The notes under the pieces are model-generated. The model was not told the origin of the DNA, ran no database searches, and saw only the letters and a program-made list of their open reading frames with translations. A stretch of DNA of 64,000 bases, from assembly GCF_964355755.1 (NCBI RefSeq), contig NC_092670.1:24104795-24168794 (forward strand), given 5' to 3'. This DNA comes from Antedon mediterranea (taxonomy: Eukaryota; Animalia; Echinodermata). Shown here piece after piece: positions 21,796-33,258 of this stretch; the stretch's first letter is position 1, and every line of letters begins with the position of its first letter. The translations under genes and the position numbers were made by a program.

Positions 21796-24468
21796 ATGGT
21801 ATTATCGGTTGAACTGAAAGAGTACTACAATGAACATGCAACATTCTCAGATCATGAAAACGTGAAAGCTAATCAGATTGTTGAAAGAATTGAAAACTTT
21901 ATTAAACACTTTTTAGAACACACAAAACTGGAAGAACTGCCATACACATTTGGTAATCTACTGCATCAGGGTAGTAGCTACGAGGGGCTAAAAGTGATCA
22001 AGCCAGACGAGTTTGACCTCATGTTACCACTAAAGTTAAATGAGCCTGACTGGGAAATAACGAAACCTTACGGACCATACGAAACACCAGGATATTTCTT
22101 CATAAAAAAGAAACGAATCTATTTAAATCCAAAAGAGATCAAACAAACATTCCAATCGATTTTACAAAAAGTAATCAATCGAATACAACAAAGAAATACT
22201 ATAACTTTGCGAGCATCCTCTGGCCCTGCACTAACACTTAATGTTTGCTATGATGACAATCTAAAAATGAGCATTGATATCGTTCCAGCTATAAGCCTTA
22301 ACGGTAGATTATTTGTCACAAAATGTCATCCAAATGCAACTGACAAAAAACAGGATTTGTATCATAACATGTGGCGCGAGAGTTTCTCTGAGAAAGAAAA
22401 ACATATCATTCAAACTATGGATAGGTTCAACGAATGTCGCAAGAAGTGTCTAAAAATCCTGAAAACAATTAGAAGTATGAATCCATCTAAACAACTTAAA
22501 TGTCTGTCTTCATATCATCTTAAGACATGCATGTTATATCTAAATAAAAGGGATGTTGGCCCATGGAATGAAGCATACATCGACAATCGTTTTAGGGATC
22601 TGCTGTTGATACTTATCGAATTCTTAAATCGTAAAAGCATGAAAAATTTCTTTGAACCTGGTATAGATCTATTTGCAGAATTAAATGAAAAGGCAATAAA
22701 AGATACCAAAGTGTGGCTTAATAATGCGATTATTGAAGATTTGCTATGTAGGTAAGCATGGTTGAATTAATATTTTTGGTGTGATACCTACTGCAATGTA
22801 TTTAACGTTGATCATGCCTAGCACATTACTATCATTCATGCCAACCACTTTACTAACTGTAATTATTTTACTTAATTGAAAAGGAATAGAAATTATTAAA
22901 CATTGTTACAAGCATGGCACCATTTTATATTTGTTACCTATCTGTAATCAAACATTGATATCCAAATCAATAATCAAGTTGATCAATACTGAATCACAAT
23001 ACCCATTCATCATACCTTCCAACCCATTCACTGACTGTAATCATTTTACAATTTGTTAAAAAAGGAAACACATTTTCATAATTTTATTTTTTAGAGTGCA
23101 ACAATCAGAATCAGAAAGTTCTGGTGGTCCGGTAAGCACGATTATTTTCTGTTTATGTATATCGTACCTAAGGCCTATGTATTGCGCCCAACATTTTATT
23201 TAAATTAAATATGATATTAAAGAATTTGTTATTTTGTCCTATAATATTAACGTTAAAATGAGTGACTGAATTCCATGGGCCCCGGGTAGCATCTTTCTGA
23301 CGAAAGAAAATAGAATCTTGATTTTAGAATACTGTTAACGTCTCTGTTCTATATTTCAGGAGTGGAGAGGTATGATAGATTTGAATATGAACACATATGA
23401 TGACGGTAATGAATTAAATAACAATAAGGGCCTAATTATAATACAGTTATGGCTTACGGCAAAATATGGAAATTACCGTCCACGTTCGTTATAAATTTTT
23501 ATTTTCTCTAAATGCTGAATTTTTCAATACATTTTAAAATGGTGTTATCGTATACTAGGGAAGACTCTGAAAGTAACTCATGTGATGAAGGTATTCTTTA
23601 TTTAATACAAATCGATATTATAATAATTCTAGGCCTCATGATTGTGATTTTCGTTATTTGTCGTCGTTTAGTATACCATTAAACATTTTTAAGTTTGAAG
23701 TTTTCTATGATGATCTGGAATCTGAAAGTAACTCAATTGTTAAAGGTGATGCTTTATTCACTGAATTTAAATATCAATATAGACTTATAACTGTAGGCCT
23801 ACATTGATAATCATAAGTATGTTTGTACAGTAATTCATTTGAAAATGGTTAACATTCAAATTGTTTACCACCATTAAGTTCTTTTTTTCTTTGTAAAAGT
23901 ACGTCAGGTCTATTATTTTCTAAACTTGATGTTCATTTTTTAGCAACTAATTCATCAGTAAGTTCAGAAGATGTTCTGAATGACGTAAGTACATGGGTTT
24001 TTTTAAATTTTATTTTGTTAAATAAATAATCTCAATTTTACTAATAATTAACAAATGGAAATTATAATGATTTATGATAAACTTCATTTTTAGGAAATCG
24101 ATATTGAAGCCCAGCCACTGATCAACAGGCCTACCGATGGTAATGCTTTTATTCATAATTGTGTCGTTTTTATTACATTCAGAGCGTTTTTTTTTATTGC
24201 TCAGATGTACCTTGGGTAATATTGTTTATAGGCTAATTAGTATATTTGAATATAATTTATGTTTTTAAACTGTAGTTTCTTAGATTTATTTTACTTATTT
24301 CTTTAAAACGGAAACCAATGTATTTTGTTTTCAGAGAAAATGGGCATGGAAATGAAGAAGCCGACAAAACAAAGATCGTGTGCATGTTTCTTAATTAGTC
24401 TTCTTGTTGTGTTTATCATAATAATGCTTATTGGATTGTTCCTCATCTTTAAATACAAACGTACCTGA
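21796..24468 (+). CDS. cGAS-like receptor copy B (Mab21 NTase) with spliced C-terminal transmembrane anchor. Exons 21796-22751, 23095-23131, 23360-23405, [23564-23590 and 23701-23745 uncertain, frame-neutral], 23944-23984, 24094-24139, 24335-24468. 419-443 aa
   Basis: Intact GSSYEGLKVIKPDEFDL and SIDIVPAI catalytic acidic triad, plus WRESFSEKEK, CRKKCLKILK and SSYHLKT. The donor AG|GTAAGC at 22751/2 continues in frame to ...EIDIEAQPLINRPTD-EKMGMEMKKPTKQRSCAC-FLISLLVVFIIIMLIGLFLIF-KYKRT*. The Mab21 call is very secure; the tail is a by-eye splice model. Confidence 0.85.
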
Positions 24469-24577
24469 ATAATCTTTACCTGAAACTTTCCGGTATTAAA
24501 GTGACTTTTTATTTGTACCCTTCCCACAAAATAACAAATTGAGTGGATGCCAGAGGCCTTCGGAGTCTTAATACTTA

Positions 24578-26731
24578 CAGTGGGAAAGCCACTTCGCGTT
24601 TTGACCGTTAAATCGTGTAAAATCGACTTACTTCCGCATTGACGATTTTGAAGCGCCACCTATCGTTGAAAACTGAAACCACGATTTTTCGTCGCCTAGC
24701 AAATAAGTGCTGTTTTATTTTAAGCTCTCATGAATATTTAAGAACCGCCCAACATTACCTATTATGGTAAAAGCATTTCCTAATAAGTATAATTGAATAA
24801 CCAATCGGTTTCTTTCAAAGAAACCGAAGCTAATACAATACATTCGGCGACTGAAGTCGGGACTCGTGAAATTTATAAATGTGGTACGATTTGACTACTG
24901 TTTTGTTGTCCATTTTCTGAATAGTCGGAGGTACATCCCAACAAATTAAAACAATTATAATCAATTGTTTTATCAAGAATAATATTAGTTTAATCGAGTA
25001 TGATATATTTCTATCCTGTTCAAAATTTGTTGGTGTATTCTCAGGCCTCGAAAGGTAGGTACATTTTCTAGCTGTGAGCGTGGTTTCGGCAACGCGAGAC
25101 ACGTGTGTCAGTATAGGCGATAGCGAGACGTGTGTTGTACTGTGTTGATGCTGATCCGATAGTCGTTAAGTTGTACTGATTACGAGTATCATTGGTCCTG
25201 GCCGGCCTAGCCTGGTGATCTGATCCCCCAAAAAAATACTTTTTTTCAATCAGTATTAATATATTATTTGATTTATTAGGCTCAATAGATGCCTAGCTAG
25301 GCTACTAGTAGGCCTAGGCCTAGATTATAAATAATAATAGTAAATACTGTAATTTAATTAATAAAATACAGCTTCCATTTGCCTTACTTTTATGTCATGT
25401 AATATTATAATTATATATACAACCAGACATTAACATTTTTTAAAATAATATTTATTATTTTTTCTGACACTTTCAGGAATCGTTGATGATGCAGAGTTCT
25501 TTTTCTTTGTGACTTCAAACTGAGAGTGAAGTGGATAAAAAGATGACACCGTTACCTACCGACATTGTCATACCCAAACTATAATTTAATTATTTAAAAC
25601 AAAATGTTGAATTACAAAAATGTATGTTGCAGAGGATTTAGATGAATATTACAATACAAATATTTATGTTGAATGCAAACCTACTACACTATACTCTGTA
25701 AATTATGTTATTGTCATGTGGTAGACCTTAAAAATTGAATATTTATTGTATGTTAGGCCTATTTTATATTTTATTATTATTAATACTGTATTAGTTTAAT
25801 ATTTATACTACAATGTATTAATTTATATTATACAGTACTAGTTTGTACATGTTTTTACCCAAAAAAAATGAATAAATAATTTGTTATTCAATCTAATTGC
25901 TTGTTTGTTCATCAATAGCAAAACAATTGTAAGCAAGTATATAACAGTTCTTGTTAGCCGCTTATTTCAGGTCATATTATTAATATTAGCTAGGCCCGAC
26001 GCGCCCGATCACAACGTCACTAAGTGACTTTCCGCCCCTGGAACAATCGCTGGCTAATAGGGCTAGGCCTCGGACTCGTATAAAAGCTATTATAATAGTT
26101 ATGATAAATATTCCTCAACTAAAATGTATACTGTGATAAATAAACAAGTAATAATATACGTTGTATTGGAATGTATTTATTTATATGAATTCTTATACGC
26201 GGACAATTATAAACATCGCGTATATCGTTCGCTATAAATAAATTCATAAACACGATGACGATGAGTTTACAAAATGGCGGTTTCGCTAGTTTTCGATGGA
26301 ACAAATAGTGGTACCTTTAGTTTGAATAGTCGGAGCTGCATCCCAACCACCGAATTTTGTATCTTAATATCGTATTCTGTAGATTATTAATTTTTCTAAC
26401 AGGGATTTTAAATTCAGGACTGTTCAATTTTTCTAAATATTTTATTTTAATGATTTTCTAGGGTACAATTTCGGAAAAAAGACATTGGTTGATTTTGCCG
26501 TTAAATTACAGATTATCGTTTTGTTCAAATACATTTAATTTTACATGACAATATATTAAAACCATTTATGAATTTATTTCACTAACAATATTTTTCCGAT
26601 AATCAGCTAAATTTACAAATATTGTGTTTTTCCAACACCCTAAAATTTAGCAATTTTCAACTAAATTAGAAAAGTAGGGCGCCCTCTCCGAGTCGAAATT
26701 TGACACGATTTGTCGACTGGCTGTCCCACTG
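24578..26731. mobile_element. 2.15-kb non-autonomous DNA transposon with 4-bp TSD in the cGLR-B 3' region
   Basis: TIR CAGTGGGA(A/C)AGCCA plus subterminal AATCGTGT...TCGACT. TSD CTTA at 24574-24577 and 26732-26735. Paralogous empty sites near 14668 and 20310 carry a single CTTA. Confidence 0.85.
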
Positions 26732-27316
26732 CTTAAACGATAAGAATTAAAGTTTTAAACCTTTTTTTATTTTTCATCTTCACCCCACCACAACAAATTA
26801 GACACTTGTAATAATTTACCTTTATTGTATCATAACCGGTCATATTTTATATTTTTGTACCATTTTAATTATTGGTCATTTGTTATATTTTGACAAAAAT
26901 ACTATTAGGTTAAACGTTACTACAAGCATATTAACGGTATTATAATATTATACTATTAAATATTATATTTTATTACGTTATACTTGTTATTCATAAGATG
27001 TTGTGTTAACATATTCCCACAACACTAATAAATATTGCGAATTACATCAAAGTCCAAATTGATTGTTTTGATATTAAATTCGATAGTTAAAACCTTTTGA
27101 ATGTTATACATTTTTAAAACAAAGGACGCAACTACATCTACGTCACAACTCTTTTATATAATAATGATGGCTCTGAGTATAAAAAAATTTAGCGCCATCT
27201 ATAATCTAAAATACTGGAGTACACATTTACAACTAGCTGTTTTTAAAAAACGTGTTTTGTGAAGAAACCTCGAGAGAGAGGAGTTGTTTTGTGTTTATGC
27301 TAAAATTGTTACAAGA

Positions 27317-30300
27317 ATGTCGAATGAACATGATGGAGAGAGTAGTGACGAAATGGAAGTACTTGAAGGTAATAATAGTGACAATGATGCGGGAGACAGC
27401 AACATGGAAATAAAGGCATACATCCCAGGGGGAGAACTGACAGATGGTGAAGAGCTGGTTAGGGACGAATCAGCATACCACATGTACCACCAGGCACAAA
27501 CAGGTTGGTTTGCACGTACATCCATCATTATGCCTAGCCTAGGCTCACTCGGTTCAGTTAATTTATGGCCTAGCTAATTTAAAGTATTTTAGGCCTAGCT
27601 AGTAAGGCCTAGCTAGTACGGTAGCAGGCTTAGCTAAATAAGAAATCTAATGCCTAGGCCTACTACTAACTAGTTCTTAGAGGAGGCTTATTTATTTGTT
27701 CTCGTCAGGTCACCGAAGTTAAGCAACGTTGGGCCCGGTTGCGTTCTGGATGGGAGACCGTCTAGAAATCGTGGCGGGTGCTGTATATACTGGAGAGTGA
27801 TGGTGTAATAGTAATATCGGACTAGCATGTGATAGGCATGGGTTCGAGGTTATCTGTACCATACTAATTGCATCCTTAGGCAAGATGCTTTACTCTCATT
27901 GCCTAATCTGGTAGGCGCTGCACTGCTGGCTGCCGTGGGTCCGTGGAGGGCCTAATCCGAATTTCCTCACTGAGGACAAATAATAATACAAAAAAAATAC
28001 AAAAAAAAAAAATACAAAAAAATACAATTTTTAATTGAACAACTATAACTTGTCATTATAAAATCGATCCTGCTAAAGATTTACTTGTATGCGTTATATA
28101 ATTAGGCCTAGGTGTATTACCATTACCATTTTGAGTAAACAACACAAATATCTCAAAGGTAAAAAGAATTTGACACTAAAGATATTATCGTATCATATGA
28201 TATCTTTATTCACCTTTTTCAACAGAAGACCGTACACACCATACAGTATGCAAATGGACAGCTCTATTTTTACAAAAAGTGTATATTGATACCAGGCTTG
28301 TTTAAATAGTTACCATAGCATAAATTCATTACTACAAGACATGTTTTATGATCAATTTTCCTGAATCAATAAGTAATAAAGAAAAGCAAGTACAATTAAA
28401 ATGAAATTTTATAGCCCATTACAAGTTTCCTGTAAAGTTTATGATGTTTATTGAGTATTGATTGAATTGCATGTAATAAAAATAATACATTTTTAATAGA
28501 ATGTAGAGTGGGTGCATTATTTGTAATGCATACAAAATTAAACTAATTAATTTTCCTTCAAGTTTCCATTTTATATTTAAGAATGATAATGGACAATAGT
28601 GTGTGTTCAGTACATTTTACTGTATTTCATTTTGAAAAAAGTAAGATTAACTCTTAAATTTTAAGCTAAAAAATATATTGTATCCTATATAGTTAAGCTT
28701 AGAGTTTGCAATTTTTCTTTTTCTGTTTGTACATTTGTTGATTTTGCATGAAATTTCCGAAATAAAAGAAATTGAGATTTAAATCAAATTTACGTACCTG
28801 TAACATGAAAACCAGCAACACAAAACATGACAAATAGTTCTTGCAGTAACAGTTGGACAAACTCTATTTCAAAAATAAAAGGAAAGGCTTCTTGGTATGA
28901 TTCATAAAGCTCTGTCTACAAACTTGATATCCCCATAGTATGGATATCAGATCATGATCACATATCACTACCATATTATTTGGGCACATCACACTTTTTT
29001 TGTCTAAAACTAGTTTGATAGTGTAGACAGAGCTTAATATTTGTTTGACTTTATAGAGAGAATCATCATAGTTGCAGATTCTTAATACTTGCTTACTGAG
29101 GGTAAGGTTTAGGTACTAAAATAAAACTGCGTACCATTTGCTAAATTGGTGGTTTGCAGCAGTCATCTACTTACAGTATAATATCTTTGAAAACAAATTT
29201 ATAATTTTATTTTCTTGCAAATATACCATTACTTTAATTGATTTTATTTATAATTTCTTTTTTATTTTACTTAGGGGATCCTTGTTTAAGTTTTGATGTG
29301 ATACGTGATCAGCTTGGGAATGACCGATCAACTTACCCACACACGGCCTACCTTGTCGCAGGTAGGTATCTGGTTATTTGTGTAGACCATTGAAATTTTA
29401 TAATTATTGAAATAAAATATTACTTAAAACTTTTAGATTAGTAATTAATTAATTAATTCATTTTTTTAAAGTCAAAATAAGAATTAACAGTAATATGCAC
29501 TTAACTTTTAAATTTAATAATTAATTCATTTCAAAATATATTTAAGTCAGACTATAAACTTACTGTAGTGTTACAATTACATACAGTATAATATTAAACA
29601 ATGCTATCTTGTAAGCTTATACGATTGAATAATAATACTTATGTTACTTAGCAACAGCTTGCAATTACAATTATTTTAATAAAATATCCATTGATATTTT
29701 GACATTGTTATTATAATAATATATTCTGTAAAATTATTATTAATCAAAGGATAATAAGAATTATTCATTCATTATTATATTGAATGCATCAAAGTGATTA
29801 AAAAACAGAAGCTGCTTATTTACTTTATAATTATTATTAATTAATGGTGATGGTTTAAAACAGTCTTCACTGACTGAACTGATTAAATTGTATATCAAGG
29901 TAAACTTGACATTAATGTCTATGTCACAATTTCAATCCTGTAATTCAACTTCAAGACTAGACTATCAGGCTCATTGTTTTTCTTTCATTTTGTACTGTAG
30001 GTGTTTTTTTTTCTTTTTTATGTTTTGTCCCCTCTCTTTGTCATCTAACAATTCTGAGCTTCATGAGGGGTTCCTTGTTTTCTTACCTGAATATGTTTGT
30101 AATTTAAACACAAAAATGAATTACATTAAAAGTTATATCTTATTGGCATAATCAAATATCATAGCTGTGTCTCTATATACAATATTTTAGAATTTTAATT
30201 GTAGAATTGTAGTTTTGTTTTGTATATTTAGGCAAATTGCCAAGGCGGCAATCTTGTTCACAAGACAAACATATACACACGATGCTCTACATTCAGTAAA

Positions 30301-33258
30301 CAAACTCTTATTACAAGTCTTTGGGAGTGGAGTTGTAAATTGTAATTTGTCATTAGAAAATATTCATGACATAACAGGATTTGAACCCAGAACCCTTGAA
30401 TTGGTAGGCAAGCATCATAACCACCAAGTCACAACTCATTTCTTTTTCAAATTGCATTTACTGTATGTGAGTGCATGTTATTATGCCTTATTAATCAGAT
30501 TGTAATTCAAACTATTATTAATCTGATTAACTTGTTATTTGTGTGTCTAGGTACACAGGCTGAGAAGGCACACTTGAACAGCATCATTGTAATGAAGATG
30601 AGTAACTTGTTTAGTAATTGCAAGGATCCGTCATCTGACAGCGAGAGTGAAGATGAAGATGAAGAAATGCCAGAACTTAAAAATGAAATGATTAGTATTA
30701 ATGGATCGGTAAACAGATTAAGGGTAAGAAATAGAAATGTATGAAGTAAAATAAAATAAAAATAAAAGTGATTGATCTAAAAAATGTTTTACTGAAATTA
30801 CTGCAGTAACTACACTACATACATGTAATATGTAAAATCCTTTATTTCAAATAAGAATGTCACAGCTAGGAGTGCCAAGCATATGCAGGGCAAAAGATTG
30901 TTATAAAAATTACAGTTAAAAATTGTACATTATTAGGGAACAATGTTTTCACATTGGTTAAAAGCGGGCATTCCATATGGTATAGCTACATACCAATGCC
31001 GTTTTGCTTAGTTTTTTATTTATTTTTTATTATTTTTTTGTTGGTTTCTATGTAGAAGTTCAAATTCAACTTTATTTATCCACAGAGGCCCAGGTCAAAA
31101 CAAGGTTGTTGTTCTCTGGGGCCGTACATATACAACATACAATTTAACTTATTACAATATATAACAGTGTAACGGTGTTTGCGATTACCCCAAAATGTCT
31201 TGCTAAATAATTGCATATACAGGTTAAAGAATAAACAAAATTATGATAAATTTGACTTGACATAATCCATAACTGCTTAACAAACTATGAAATGTTTTCT
31301 CTTTATTTATAGGTCAGTAAAATAGCAGACAAAGACGTGGTTGCATGCTGGTGTGAAACGGGCAAAGTACACCTGTATGATATAAGCCCATCATTACAAT
31401 CCCTAGAGGTCACAGGTCAACAGAAACCATTGATATCAAAGCCTTTGCATACATTTACAGGTCATCAGATTGAAGGCTATGCTGTAGATTGGTCAAATTT
31501 AGTGCCTGGTAAGTTAACTTACGTTTTTGTATAATTCAGTCAATACAGTAAAACTTTGTGGACGTAGGAGTGTCATTACTTAGCCAGAGGAAACATGTCA
31601 GCCTATTTTTCTTGATCAAATTTTTGGTTTTGCAGGTCGTTTAGCCTCCGGTGATTGTAAGAAAAATATACACGTTTGGAAACTGCAAGATGGTGGTAGC
31701 TGGCATGTAGATCAGAGACCATTCACGGGACATACAGACTCAGTAGAAGATATACAATGGTCCCCTAATGAATCAAATGTAAGTGATGACATAAATCACC
31801 TTTGCTGGCATACTATGTTGAATATGATAATCATACTTATATTAGGGAAACTACATTTCACCAGTTGCATATAATAATAATAATGCGTTGAAACACCGGT
31901 TCTCGTCAGATCACCGAAGTTAAGCAACGCTGGGCCCGGTTGCGTTCTGGATGGGAGACCGTCTAGAAATCGTGGCGGGTGCTGTATATACTGGAGAGTG
32001 ATGGTGTAATGGTAATATCGGACTAGCATGTGATAGGCATGGGTTCGAGGTTATCTGTACCATACTAATTGCATCCTTAGGCAAGATGCTTTACTCTCAT
32101 TGCCTAATCTGGTAGGCGCTGCACTGCTGGCTGCCGTGGGTCCGTGGAGGGCCTAATCCGAATTTCCTCACTGAGGACAAATATAAATACAAAATACAAA
32201 AATACAAATACAAAATAATCTTCTTCCTAGAGTGCTTTCCTAGAGAGAGCCTACAATTTAAATTATCTACGACATACGCATTATGCCTAGATACCACCAC
32301 TGTGTCGAGGAATAGCGATATGATGTACATCACAACTACCCTGTATATGCGCACAATGAATTGACCTAACTTCATGACTAGGTCATAAGTTGTCGCAAAT
32401 GAAAAGCTTCTTATATTGCTTGGTGTCCTGTCTCTCTAGCTTCTTAATATCAGACAGCGTATAATATTTCCCCTTGATTCCTAAAAGTGTCAATATTAAA
32501 ATGTACTGTAATTGTAATCTTGTTTTCAAGGTATTTGCATCATGTTCTGTCGATAGCACTATTCGAATATGGGACATACGAGCCGTGCCGAATCAAGCCT
32601 GTATGTTAAGTAAAGATGCCCACAGCAGTGATGTGAACGTTATTAGTTGGAATAAGAAAGAACCATTTATTTTATCAGGGGGAGATGATGGTGTTATTAA
32701 TGTTTGGGATCTACGACAATTTAAGGTGATTATTATTTCGATTCTTTAAATGTTTTTCAGCTAGTGGGTTTATAAATATGAATAAATCATAAACTTTTAT
32801 GTATTAGAATTTCTTTGATATTTTTACCTATTAGTTGAGACAAATAATACATTACAATATACCATACACATTTAATGTGATTTCACACACAATTCCGATG
32901 TGCTTAATGGATTAACTGATGAAAACTTGTTTTGTAGGCAACATCACCTGTAGCAAAATTCAAACATCACACAGGGCCTATTACATCTGTTGAATGGCAT
33001 CCGACAGACTCCACCGTGTTTGCTGCATCAGGGGCAGATGATCAACTGACCCTCTGGGATCTTGCCGTTGAGAGGAATCAAGAGGAGACATCAGCATCTG
33101 TAGCATCTGCAGAACTTGCTGCTATTCCACCACAGTTGTTGTTCATTCATCAGGGTCAAAAGGACATCAAAGAGCTGCATTGGCATCCGCAAATCTCTGG
33201 AACTATTATCAGTACTGCTCTGAGTGGTTTTAATATATTCAAAACCATCAGTGTATAA
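27317..33258 (+). CDS. GRWD1: Glutamate-rich WD repeat protein 1 (Rrb1). Exons 27317-27503, 29275-29361, 30551-30723, 31313-31508, 31636-31778, 32531-32725, 32938-33258
   Basis: Motifs [85 protein letters not shown] and [10 protein letters not shown]. Confidence 0.95.
27698..28026 (+). mobile_element. 5S rRNA + tRNA chimeric SINE (5'-truncated), GRWD1 intron 1
   Basis: 5S-like CTCGTCAGGTCACCGAAGTTAAGC...GGATGGGAGACCG...GGGTGCTGTA, then tRNA-like A/B boxes and an (AAAATAC)n tail. Near-identical to the copy at 31885. Confidence 0.85.
28908..29034. mobile_element. Small Harbinger-like MITE
   Basis: TIR AGCTCTGTCTACA / TGTAGACAGAGCT with TAA on both sides. A related right end lies at about 45150-45210. 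Confidence 0.75.
30255..30440 (-). mobile_element. tRNA-derived SINE (same family as 54690-55012)
   Basis: Shared GATGCTCTACA...AAGTCTTTGGGAGTGGAGTTG...TTGAACCCAG..CCCT...GCAAGCATCAT.ACCACCAAG, with a reverse-strand B box GGGTTCAA. Confidence 0.65.
31885..32217 (+). mobile_element. 5S rRNA + tRNA chimeric SINE, GRWD1 intron 5
   Basis: 5S-like head 31885-31986, tRNA-like 31993-32052 (TGGTGTAATGG...GGGTTCGAG), core GCATCCTTAGGCAAGATGCTTTAC and an AAATAC-repeat tail. Confidence 0.85.

Noticed and set aside
16846-22755. Bacterial CBASS/CD-NTase operon or contamination
   Set aside because: The motifs are metazoan Mab21/cGAS-type, the genes have spliceosomal introns, and they lie between intron-rich animal genes with no Cap effectors
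24385-24400. pLxIS IRF-recruitment motif in the cGLR tail (FLIS/CLIS), and a TRAF6-like PNEKVD in copy A
   Set aside because: It lacks the required Leu at -3 and overlaps the TM or CaaX. The TRAF6-like hexamer is absent from copy B and too short to trust.
31885-31986. Functional 5S rRNA gene (also 27698-27786)
   Set aside because: 5'-truncated, diverged and fused to a tRNA-like module and repeat tail, so it is a SINE head
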